From an uncultured Verrucomicrobiota bacterium (lineage in GTDB: Bacteria; Verrucomicrobiota; Verrucomicrobiia; Limisphaerales; BOG-1460), in assembly GCA_964520205.1 (NCBI GenBank), contig CAZFOA010000004.1, positions 1-38,739 of the forward strand: 38,739 nucleotides of DNA. The letters run 5' to 3'. The notes under the pieces were generated by a model. It ran no database searches. It was not told where the DNA came from and saw only the letters and a list, made by a program, of their open reading frames with translations. Position numbers and translations under genes: made by a program. Below are positions 8,519-16,430 of this stretch, piece by piece (position 1 is the first letter of the stretch; the number at the start of each line of letters is the position of its first letter).

Positions 8519-9030
8519 ATCAACCCATTCATGTGAGCAACCCAACACAGCCGCTTCAACTCATCGCACCGGATGTCAAACTGGGCCAGGGGGTGCGGAT
8601 TTTTGGCTTCGTCAATCTTTATGGATGTGAAATCGGCGATGAAGTCAAAATCGGGACGTTCGTCGAAGTTCAAAAAGGGGCGAAGATCGGGAATCGCTGC
8701 AAGATTTCCAGCCATACCTTCATTTGTGAAGGGGTCACGCTGGAAGACGAGGTGTTCGTCGGGCATGGGGTCATGTTTACAAACGACCTCTATCCGCGGG
8801 CGACGAACAGCGGCGGTGGCTTGCAAACGGAAGCGGACTGGCAGTGCGTGCCCACACGGGTCAAACGAGGCGCTTCAATCGGGTCCGGCGCCACGCTCCT
8901 CTGCGGGATCACCGTGGGTGAAAACGCCTTGATCGGAGCCGGCAGCGTGGTGACCAGGGACGTGCCGGACTGGGCCGTGGTGGTTGGCAATCCGGCGCGG
9001 GTTGTCAAATCGCTGGCGCCCAAGGGCTGA
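8515..9030 (+). CDS. Left-handed beta-helix (hexapeptide) N-acetyltransferase, WbpD/WlbB-like
   Basis: Hexapeptide repeats are IGDEVKIGTFVEVQKGAKIGNRCKISSHTFI and IGSGATLLCGITVGENALIGAGSVV. The C-terminal GNPARVV is present. It is translationally coupled to the WbpB-like gene. Confidence 0.85.
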   Translation: MNQPIHVSNPTQPLQLIAPDVKLGQGVRIFGFVNLYGCEIGDEVKIGTFVEVQKGAKIGNRCKISSHTFICEGVTLEDEVFVGHGVMFTNDLYPRATNSGGGLQTEADWQCVPTRVKRGASIGSGATLLCGITVGENALIGAGSVVTRDVPDWAVVVGNPARVVKSLAPKG

Positions 9031-9161
9031 GCGGAGCGAAAAATCGGACCAGCGCTGGAAGCCTGACCCGATCCCGGGCAGCGGTCACGGAAGTCAGCGC
9101 GCGCCCCCGGCGGCATTTTTCTCCTTTTTGAACACGGCAAACGCCGCTAAAGTCTATTTGG

Positions 9162-11450
9162 GTGAAGCAGAGCGGACGCAGCGATATGAACGACGGCACA
9201 CCACAAGAAAAACCAGCCGAAGGAATGAGCCTGGACTCGATTTACTTCGTCCTGTTTCGGCGGAAGTGGATCATCCTCATTTGTGCCGCGCTGGGCTTCC
9301 TGGGGGCTGCGACGCTGTTTTCACTGAAGCCGCCGCGGTATCGCTCTGAAGCGAAGTTGTTCATTCGCTACGTGGAGGAAGGCAAATCGCTGAGTCCACC
9401 CGGAGATCATTCCAACTCGCGGCCCCTCAACGAACAGGAGACCAGCATTCTCAGCGCCGAACTGGAAATCTTGCAGAGCGAGGACGTGGCGCGACAAGTG
9501 GTTTCCAACATGGGCCCGGCAAAGATCCTGGCCAAGATGGGAGGAAACACCTCGGATTTCGATCGGGCCGTTGGTGTCGTTTCCAGCTATATGGAAGTCT
9601 ACCTGCCCGCCAATAGCAGCGTGGTTTCCATCATTTTTCAGCATCCGGATCCCGAGGTCGCGCAAGAGGTGCTGGACCAGATCATCACCGCCTACATCAG
9701 GAAACACAAGGAGATGCATCAACCGGTCGGGATGTTTGGTGATTTCATGAATCAGGAGACGGAGCGATTGCGCACCAAACTGGCTGAGACGGAGGGGCAG
9801 CTCCGGGCGGCAAAAGCCAAAGCCGGCGTGACTTCGATTGAGGATGCAAAGCGGGACGACGCGCAGCAAATCACCAGGATTCGCGGGGAGATCCTCGCCG
9901 CCCAGGTGGACCTGGTCCGGCACCAGGCCGCGATGGACGAACTGCCCAAGCCCGCTCCCGTCCATTCCGAGCCGACCAACGCCGAGCCCGGTGTTCCGCC
10001 GGAACGGATCAACGATTATGGGATGATTTGCGCGCGGCTTGATTACTTCACCAAACGGGCGTTCGAGCTTCAGAACGAATTCACAACCAACAGCACGTTG
10101 GTGCTCGAAAACCGGCAGCAGATCGACGACACCGCGGCGCTTAAGAAGAACCTGGAGGAACAATACCCGAAATTGACGACCTCGGGCATTTCTTCGCGGA
10201 TGGCATCCGGGCAATCGGGGGGGGGATCGTTTGATCCGACGGCGGAAGCCATCCAGGTGCGAGCGCTCAATATGACGATTGATGTCCTGAACTCGCAACT
10301 GAGCCTGATTCAGCGCAACCTCGCGAAGGTTGACGACATGGAACCGGTCATCGAGGAACTCCAGCGGAACAAGGATCTGATGGAGGCGGACATTAAGTAC
10401 TTCGCGACGAGCCAGGAACGTTCCCGCATCGAAGGGGCCATGGGATCCGACAAGGCGCCCAACATCGGCATTCTTCAGGGGCCATCGTCTCCCTCCAAAG
10501 GGTGGTCCAAACCCTTCAAGAAAAAAGTTCAAATGGTCGCCGTGGGCGGCTGCCTGGGCGGCATTGCCCTGGCATTCCTGCTGGAGTTGGTTCTGGATCG
10601 CTCCGTGAAGCGGCCCGGCGACGTGACTGCGAAATTGCGGTTGCCGTTGCTCATTTCCATTCCCGACCTCACCTGGAACGGAAACCACAGGCGCCAATTC
10701 ACCACAACGGTGAAGGAATCAATGCGTTTGAAGAGTGGAGATGGGGAGCCGGCCGCCGGCGAAGGAGCACCGGAACAGAGCCTCGGAATGCCGATCGCCA
10801 TCTGGGACCGCGCCCATCCGCTGCGCCGCTTTTATGAAGGATTGCGGGACCGGTTGATCGTTCATTTTGAAGTGGCGAACATGACGCAGAAACCGAAGTT
10901 GGTGGCGGTGACCAGTTGCGGCGCAGGAGTCGGAGTGACCAGCATCGCGGCCGGGCTGGCGGCATCCCTTTCAGAGACCGGAGACGGCAATGTGCTCCTG
11001 GTGGATATGAACAGCGAGCAGGGAGCTTCGCAGCAGTTTTATCGGGGACAGCCCGCCTGCAGACTCGACGATGCTTTGGACAGTGAAACGATGAAAAGCG
11101 CGCTCGTCCACGCAAACCTCTACGTCGCTTCAGAGAGTTCCGGGAGCGACAAGCTCCCCCGCGTTCTGCCCGGCAGGTTCGCCAGCCTGATGCCCAAGCT
11201 CAAGGCGAGCGACTATGACTATATCATTTTCGACATGCCTCCGGTCAGCCAGACGAGCATGACCCTGCGCGCGGCCCGGATCATGGACATGGTGCTGCTC
11301 GTGATCGAAGCGGAAAAGACCGGCCTGGAGGTCGTCAAGCAGACCGCCGTTTGGCTCGAGGAATCCAAAGTGAGCGCAAATGCGGTGCTCAACCGGACAC
11401 GCAGCTACATTCCTTCGTGGTTGCATCAGGATTTTCTGAACGAACCTTGA
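9162..11450 (+). CDS. Polysaccharide co-polymerase (Wzz/GumC-type domain) fused to a degenerate P-loop (BY-kinase-like) domain
   Basis: The Wzz N-terminus with TM1 is FRRKWIILICAALGFLGAATLF. A long coiled periplasmic region and TM2 (VAVGGCLGGIALAFLLELV) follow. The C-terminal ParA/BY-kinase-like domain has Walker A-like SCGAGVGVTS and Walker B-like YIIFDMPP. The start is GTG at 9162 or ATG at 9186. Confidence 0.85.
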   Translation: MKQSGRSDMNDGTPQEKPAEGMSLDSIYFVLFRRKWIILICAALGFLGAATLFSLKPPRYRSEAKLFIRYVEEGKSLSPPGDHSNSRPLNEQETSILSAELEILQSEDVARQVVSNMGPAKILAKMGGNTSDFDRAVGVVSSYMEVYLPANSSVVSIIFQHPDPEVAQEVLDQIITAYIRKHKEMHQPVGMFGDFMNQETERLRTKLAETEGQLRAAKAKAGVTSIEDAKRDDAQQITRIRGEILAAQVDLVRHQAAMDELPKPAPVHSEPTNAEPGVPPERINDYGMICARLDYFTKRAFELQNEFTTNSTLVLENRQQIDDTAALKKNLEEQYPKLTTSGISSRMASGQSGGGSFDPTAEAIQVRALNMTIDVLNSQLSLIQRNLAKVDDMEPVIEELQRNKDLMEADIKYFATSQERSRIEGAMGSDKAPNIGILQGPSSPSKGWSKPFKKKVQMVAVGGCLGGIALAFLLELVLDRSVKRPGDVTAKLRLPLLISIPDLTWNGNHRRQFTTTVKESMRLKSGDGEPAAGEGAPEQSLGMPIAIWDRAHPLRRFYEGLRDRLIVHFEVANMTQKPKLVAVTSCGAGVGVTSIAAGLAASLSETGDGNVLLVDMNSEQGASQQFYRGQPACRLDDALDSETMKSALVHANLYVASESSGSDKLPRVLPGRFASLMPKLKASDYDYIIFDMPPVSQTSMTLRAARIMDMVLLVIEAEKTGLEVVKQTAVWLEESKVSANAVLNRTRSYIPSWLHQDFLNEP

Positions 11451-11521
11451 CCTGACGCCGCGCGCTCCCGCCTGTGGAACCGCTCCGGAAAGGTCTTAAC
11501 CTCAGTATTTCGCCCCCGAGC

Positions 11522-11589
11522 GCCGGGTCAGTGAACCCGGCCTGCAAGCCAGCCACTTTGTCACCGTAGGCCGCGTGCCCTCACGCGGC
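11522..11589. repeat. Two GC-rich perfect hairpins in the 365-bp spacer
   Basis: The first is GCCGGGT-cagtga-ACCCGGC at 11522-11541. The second is GCCGCGTG-ccct-CACGCGGC at 11570-11589. Neither is followed by a T tract. Confidence 0.5.
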
Positions 11590-11666
11590 GCGGTGTCGCC
11601 GGTTCTACATCGGCGTATGAAATGTCCGGGCTAGAGCGGATTGAAAAACTCTGTAGCCGTTTCTTC

Positions 11667-11738
11667 GGAGCGCGGCGTTTACGCCGCTTCAATGCCGCCA
11701 TGCAAAATCACGTTGAAGCGGGCTGAAGCCCGCGCTCC
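11667..11738. repeat. Composite palindromic (REP/MITE-like) element: 26-nt inverted arms, each with its own internal hairpin
   Basis: The left arm is GGAGCGCGGCGTTTACGCCGCTTCAA (11667-11692). The right arm is TTGAAGCGGGCTGAAGCCCGCGCTCC (11713-11738). The arms are complementary at 21 of 26 positions. Internal hairpins are GCGGCG-ttta-CGCCGC and GCGGGC-tgaa-GCCCGC. Confidence 0.5.
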
Positions 11739-11814
11739 AATCGTGGCCACAGTTTTAATTAAATTGCTCTAAGAGTTTCGGCTCCACCCTCGACTGTCAT
11801 TCCAGGCAATTGAA

Positions 11815-13122
11815 GTGATGATCCCATCCCCTTCCCGCGGCAACGCCGCCAATCCCGCCCCGGCCGCGCCCGTGCCGGAGATCAAGCCGCGTTCCGGCGC
11901 GCGGCGGGTGTGCATGATGACGCACTCGGTTTACGAGAGCGACAATCGCGTGCGCCGCTACGCCGAGACACTCGCGGAACGCGGGGACGTGGTCGAAGTC
12001 GCCGCGCTGCGAAGCCGGCCGGAGCTGCCCAGGGAGGAACTCATCGATGGCGTAAGGCTCTTCAGAATCCAGGATCGCTTCGACAAAACCGAAAAATCCA
12101 AGTCATCGTTTCTCTGGCCGCTTTTGCGTTTCCTGTGGGTGGGATCGCGCTGGATGACGCGGCGGCACGCCCGCCAACGCTTCGATCTGGTTCACGTTCA
12201 TAATCTCCCCGACTTCATGGTCTTTGCGGCATGGTATCCCAAACTGACGGGCACGCGGATCATTCTCGACATCCATGACATTGTTCCCGAGTTCTTCGCC
12301 AGCAAGTTCGGCTCGGGAAATCGCTCGGCGCTTGTTTGGGGATTGAAGCTGACCGAGAAACTTTCGGCCGGGTTTGCCAGCCATGTCATCCTGGCCAACC
12401 ATCTGTGGCTCGACAAATACACCGCCCGCTCGGCGTCGCCGAAGAAGTGCTCCGTGTTCATCAACAATGTTGACTCGCGCATTTTCCGGCCGGGTTTGCG
12501 CACCAGAACCGGCGGGAAGCCGGTGATTCTGTTTCCGGGCGGACTTCAATGGCATCAGGGACTGGACATTGCAATCCGGGCGCTTCCCAAATTGCATCGC
12601 CGGATACCGGAGGCGGAATTGCACATTTACGGCGAAGGCAGCATGAAACCGCAATTGATCGCCTTGACCGAAGAACTGGGCCTGAACGGGCGGGTTCGAT
12701 TCTTCAAATCTCTGCCTCTTCCTGAAATTGCCAAGGTGATGGCCAACGCGGACCTCGGGGTGGTGCCCAAGCGCGCGGACTCGTTCGGGAACGAGGCTTA
12801 CAGCACCAAGATCATGGAGTTCATGTCGGTGGGCGTTCCGGTGGCGGTGTCGAACACCCGGGTTGACCGGTATTATTTCAATGACTCGCTCGTGCGGTTT
12901 TTTGAGTCGGGCAACGACGATGCACTGGCGGAGGCGATGTTCGAGATATTGAACAACGGCGAGTTGCGGCGCGGTCTGGTATCGAGAGCATCCGATTACG
13001 TCGCCGTCAACAGTTGGGCGAGCCGCAGGGCGGATTACCTGCAGTTGGTTGACGCACTCGCCGCCCGCAAGGTCCCGGCGCTCAAGGGGCGCGATTCCAT
13101 CCCGCATAGCAGCCCGGCATGA
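11815..13122 (+). CDS. GT4-family glycosyltransferase
   Basis: The protein has a GT-B fold. The C-terminal donor-binding region carries an EX7E-like motif, GNEAYSTKIMEFMSVGVPV. The start is GTG at 11815 or ATG at 11818. Confidence 0.85.
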   Translation: MMIPSPSRGNAANPAPAAPVPEIKPRSGARRVCMMTHSVYESDNRVRRYAETLAERGDVVEVAALRSRPELPREELIDGVRLFRIQDRFDKTEKSKSSFLWPLLRFLWVGSRWMTRRHARQRFDLVHVHNLPDFMVFAAWYPKLTGTRIILDIHDIVPEFFASKFGSGNRSALVWGLKLTEKLSAGFASHVILANHLWLDKYTARSASPKKCSVFINNVDSRIFRPGLRTRTGGKPVILFPGGLQWHQGLDIAIRALPKLHRRIPEAELHIYGEGSMKPQLIALTEELGLNGRVRFFKSLPLPEIAKVMANADLGVVPKRADSFGNEAYSTKIMEFMSVGVPVAVSNTRVDRYYFNDSLVRFFESGNDDALAEAMFEILNNGELRRGLVSRASDYVAVNSWASRRADYLQLVDALAARKVPALKGRDSIPHSSPA

Positions 13123-14315
13123 ACGAGAAGATCGAAAGCAGTTTGAACCGCGTTTCCGGGTGGGTCGAAAACCACGCCTATAAGGCTTACGACCCTGGCG
13201 ACGGCCAGATGTCGTTCCTGAGCGCGCTGACCTTTGGCAGCGTTTTCCTGGAAAGAATCCTGACCGCCGGAGTGCTTCGGTCCCCTTTCAACATCCGCCC
13301 CCTGCTCGGAATCCGTCCTCATACCTCCACCAAAGGCATGGGGTACATGGCGTGGGGCTATCTCCGGAGATACAAGCTGACGGGTGACGAGCGTTTCGCC
13401 CAGCTCGCCACCACGTGCCTGGCATGGTTGATCGAGCATCGTGCGCCCCATTATCCTCAATTCTGCTGGGGCAATGATTTTACCTTTACGACTCGCGCCG
13501 GGAGGATACCGCGCCAGGAACCCACGATTGTCTGGAGCAGTCTGGTTGGCCAGGCCTTTGTGGACGCCTACGAAGCGCTGGGAACCGCGCGGTACCTGGA
13601 AGTGGCCTCGAGCGTCTGTGATTGGATTCTCAAAGTTCCCCGCGAAACAACGAAGTCGGGCCTGTGCCTGAGTTACGTTGCCTATAAACCGGTTTCCATT
13701 CACAATTCAAACATGCTTGGCGCCGCGTTGCTGGCCCGGGTCGGCGCGCTGACGGCTCGGAGCGAGGCTCGGGAAACCGCCCGGGACGCCATGCGCTACA
13801 GCTGTTCCCGGCAGAATCCGGACGGCGCGTGGTTCTATGGGGAGGCTCCCAAGTACCACTGGATCGACAATTTTCACACCGGTTACAATCTGGACTCCCT
13901 CAAGCGTTACCTCCAAAGCACGGGCGACCCGGAGTTCACCGGCCAACTCAAGCGCGGCTTTGCCTATTTCAAAGCCAACTTTTTCGAGCCGAACGGCCGC
14001 CCGAAGTACTACCACAACGAGTTGTTTCCGATCGACATCCAGTGCGCCGCACAGGCGATAGATACCCTGGCTTACTTTTCAGACGAGGACCCGGAGGCGC
14101 TCCCCTTGGCCTGCAGGGTCGCGGAATGGACGATTGACAATATGCAGTCAAGCGACGGCCATTTTTATTATCGGGATCTGGGATGGACGAAAACGCGGAC
14201 ACCCATGCTGCACTGGGGGCAGGCAACGATGTTCAAGGCGCTGGCTCATCTCGTGAGCAAGCTGGCGACAGCCGGTCCGGAGAAAGCAGTTCAGCAGATG
14301 GCGGCGGCCTCTTAA
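13119..14315 (+). CDS. Conserved hypothetical protein, probable (alpha/alpha)6-toroid fold (glycan-acting enzyme, function unknown)
   Basis: This 398-aa ORF is coupled to the upstream GT4 gene by an ATGA overlap. Repeated helical-hairpin signatures (NPDGAWFYGE, SSDGHFYYRD, WIDNFHTGYNLDSL) are reminiscent of six-hairpin glycosidase or epimerase folds. I recognise no catalytic motif. Confidence 0.6.
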   Translation: MNEKIESSLNRVSGWVENHAYKAYDPGDGQMSFLSALTFGSVFLERILTAGVLRSPFNIRPLLGIRPHTSTKGMGYMAWGYLRRYKLTGDERFAQLATTCLAWLIEHRAPHYPQFCWGNDFTFTTRAGRIPRQEPTIVWSSLVGQAFVDAYEALGTARYLEVASSVCDWILKVPRETTKSGLCLSYVAYKPVSIHNSNMLGAALLARVGALTARSEARETARDAMRYSCSRQNPDGAWFYGEAPKYHWIDNFHTGYNLDSLKRYLQSTGDPEFTGQLKRGFAYFKANFFEPNGRPKYYHNELFPIDIQCAAQAIDTLAYFSDEDPEALPLACRVAEWTIDNMQSSDGHFYYRDLGWTKTRTPMLHWGQATMFKALAHLVSKLATAGPEKAVQQMAAAS

Positions 14316-14329
14316 TTCTTTCTTGTCCG

Positions 14330-15313
14330 ATGCAAAAGCCAACCCTGAAATACGCCTTGATCACCCCGGCGCGAAACGAGGAAGCCTACCTCGAAGCCAC
14401 CATCCGCTCCGTGATTGCCCAGACTGTCCGCCCGTCCAAATGGGTGATCGTCAGCGACGGCTCGACGGACCGCACGGATGACCTGGCGAAGGCTTATGCC
14501 GCGCAGCATGACTGGATCGAACTGCTGCGCATGCCCGAACATCGCGATCGGCAGTTCGCCGCCAAAGCCCACTGTTTCAACGCCGGTTACGCCCGCCTCC
14601 AGGGCAGCGACTACGACATCATCGGCAATCTCGATGCCGACATCACGTTCGCTCCGGACTATTGTGAATTTCTCTTGGCGCAATTCGAGGCGATGCCGAA
14701 ACTGGGGGTGGCCGGCACACCGTTCGTCGAGGAAGCGGATCAGGCCGGCCAACACACTTACGCGCATCGTTTCGCCCAGCTCGAACACGTTTCCGGGGCC
14801 TGCCAGTTATTCCGGCGTGAATGCTTTCAAGCGGTGGGAGGTTACGTCCCGATCAAAGGTGGCGCCATCGATTGGATTGCCGTGACCACGGCACGGATGA
14901 AAGGCTGGCGGACGCGGACTTTTCTTGAGAAGACCTGTTTGCACCACCGCAAGCTGGGAACCGGAACGGACAGCAAGCTCATGGTGCGCTTCCGTTATGG
15001 TCAAAAAGCTTATTACGTCGGCGGACACCCGTTGTGGGAGTGCCTGAGAGGCATATTCCAGATGAGGCAGAAGCCGTTCATTGTAGGGGGCGGTTATTTC
15101 CTTGGCGGCTTTTTGTGGGCCGCGCTCACGCGGATGCCGCGGCCTATTTCCGCCGAGCTCATCGCGTTTCACCGCGCCGAGCAAATGGCACGCTTGAAAC
15201 GCTCGTTCACCGGAGGGCGCCGCGAAAACACCCCGGACGATGGGCTGACCCGAACGACCGGAAACGTTCCGCGCAATTCGGCGGCGGCCCAGCCGGAGTC
15301 CGGAAAGCGCTGA
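14330..15313 (+). CDS. GT2-family glycosyltransferase
   Basis: The start is trimmed to MQKPTLKYALITPARNEE. The GT-A signatures are IVSDGSTDRTDD and the DxD-like GNLDADI. The track ORF start (14183) overlaps the upstream gene. Confidence 0.85.
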   Translation: MQKPTLKYALITPARNEEAYLEATIRSVIAQTVRPSKWVIVSDGSTDRTDDLAKAYAAQHDWIELLRMPEHRDRQFAAKAHCFNAGYARLQGSDYDIIGNLDADITFAPDYCEFLLAQFEAMPKLGVAGTPFVEEADQAGQHTYAHRFAQLEHVSGACQLFRRECFQAVGGYVPIKGGAIDWIAVTTARMKGWRTRTFLEKTCLHHRKLGTGTDSKLMVRFRYGQKAYYVGGHPLWECLRGIFQMRQKPFIVGGGYFLGGFLWAALTRMPRPISAELIAFHRAEQMARLKRSFTGGRRENTPDDGLTRTTGNVPRNSAAAQPESGKR

Positions 15314-15351
15314 AAGCCGCGCCGTCACGGAGAGTCTCCCCCCGATTCATC

Positions 15352-16338
15352 ATGGAAAACAAAACTGCAGAAGTGAGCGACCAAGGCAAATCGGCCCAAG
15401 CCCGGGTCCTCAGCGTCGAAGGCCGCAGGCTTGACTGCGGGGGCCGCTGGCTCAAGGTGGCGCGGATACATGATGAACTCTGGCTCGAAGGCCAGCCGGT
15501 CGAAAATCCGGGCGCCTTTCTGCCGGCTTTGGAACATTCCGGTTTGAAGGCCGACCTTTTCACATTCAGCCAGGCGCTGCCGGAAACCGAACCGAAATAT
15601 TCGTATCCGTTGGAATGGGATAATTGGGCGATTGCCGCCACGACGAATTTCGCGGCCTGGTGGGAAGGACTTCCCCAGGAATCGAGGAAGAACGTCCGGC
15701 GCGCGGAACGGCGCGGCGTGGTGGTGAAGCTGGTGGATTTCGACGACGAACTGGTTCGGGGCATCAAGGGCATTTACGACGAGACACCCCTCCGGCAGGG
15801 GCGCCTCTTCTGGCATTACAAAAAGGATTTCGAAACGGTCAGGCGGGAGAATTCGAGTTACGTGGAGCGCAGCCAGTTTATTGGCGCCTACCATCAGGAT
15901 GATTTGATTGGGTTCATCAAAATGGTGTATGTCGGCGCAACGGCCCGCATCATGCAAATCCTGTCGAAGGAGGGGCATGTTGACAAACGTCCGACGAATG
16001 CGTTGCTGGCCAAGGCCGTCGAGGCTTGTTCCCGGAAGGGTGCGTCGCATCTGATCTACGGCCAATATATCTACGGCTCCAAAAGCAACAGCCCGGTGAC
16101 CGTGTTCAAACGCAGGAACGGCTTCCAGCAGTTATTGCTTCCGCGGTATTATGTGCCATTGACCGCCAAAGGCCGGGCGGCGATCGCGCTCCGGCTGCAT
16201 CGTGGCGCAAAAGATCGGTTGCCCGAGTGGCTGGTTTCATCGCTGCTCAACGCGCGCCTTTGGTATTACGAACACGTGCGGTTCCGCCCGAAGCCGGGGG
16301 GCCTCCAGACGCCTGAACTCAAATCCTCAGGCACCTGA
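15352..16338 (+). CDS. FemAB-like GNAT-fold protein (Acetyltransf_6-type domain)
   Basis: The start is trimmed to MENKTAEV. The central and C-terminal region follows the FemAB-like pattern: ESRKNVRRAERRGVVVKL, then LVRGIKGIYDETPLRQGRLFWHY, DDLIGFIKMVYVGATARIMQI and TNALLAKAVEACSRKGASHLIYGQY. The first 90 aa or so match nothing I recognise. Confidence 0.7.
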   Translation: MENKTAEVSDQGKSAQARVLSVEGRRLDCGGRWLKVARIHDELWLEGQPVENPGAFLPALEHSGLKADLFTFSQALPETEPKYSYPLEWDNWAIAATTNFAAWWEGLPQESRKNVRRAERRGVVVKLVDFDDELVRGIKGIYDETPLRQGRLFWHYKKDFETVRRENSSYVERSQFIGAYHQDDLIGFIKMVYVGATARIMQILSKEGHVDKRPTNALLAKAVEACSRKGASHLIYGQYIYGSKSNSPVTVFKRRNGFQQLLLPRYYVPLTAKGRAAIALRLHRGAKDRLPEWLVSSLLNARLWYYEHVRFRPKPGGLQTPELKSSGT

Positions 16339-16402
16339 AGGAATGACCCGCAGATTCTTTAGGTTTGCCCTGATCCGTATCTTTGGATAAGAACGTGTCC
16401 CC

Positions 16403-16428
16403 GGCTGCCGGATCGGCAGCCTCTTTTT
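16403..16428 (+). terminator. Strong rho-independent terminator after the FemAB-like gene
   Basis: A perfect 8-bp stem pairs GGCTGCCG (16403-16410) with CGGCAGCC (16414-16421), with loop gat. It is followed by TCTTTTT. Confidence 0.7.
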
Positions 16429-16430
16429 AC

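Noticed and set aside
9098-9135. A GC stem plus T-rich stretch (CGCCcccGGCG, then cattttt and ctccttttt) after the acetyltransferase gene, as a possible terminator.
   Set aside because: The stem is only 4 bp with a 3-nt loop, which is too weak to call. The co-polymerase gene downstream is probably co-transcribed or has its own promoter here.
9321-10697. Long minus-strand ORFs: 9321-10697, 12103-13107, 16911-17807, 18278-19621, 19440-20777, 20423-21565, 25114-26100, 27096-28061, 30152-31792, 33962-34990, 35703-36758, 36807-37541 and 37806-38687.
   Set aside because: All lie antisense to + strand ORFs that carry clear family motifs. Their translations are Arg/Gly/Pro-rich with no recognisable domains. 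This is the usual stop-codon-poor shadow frame of GC-rich coding DNA.
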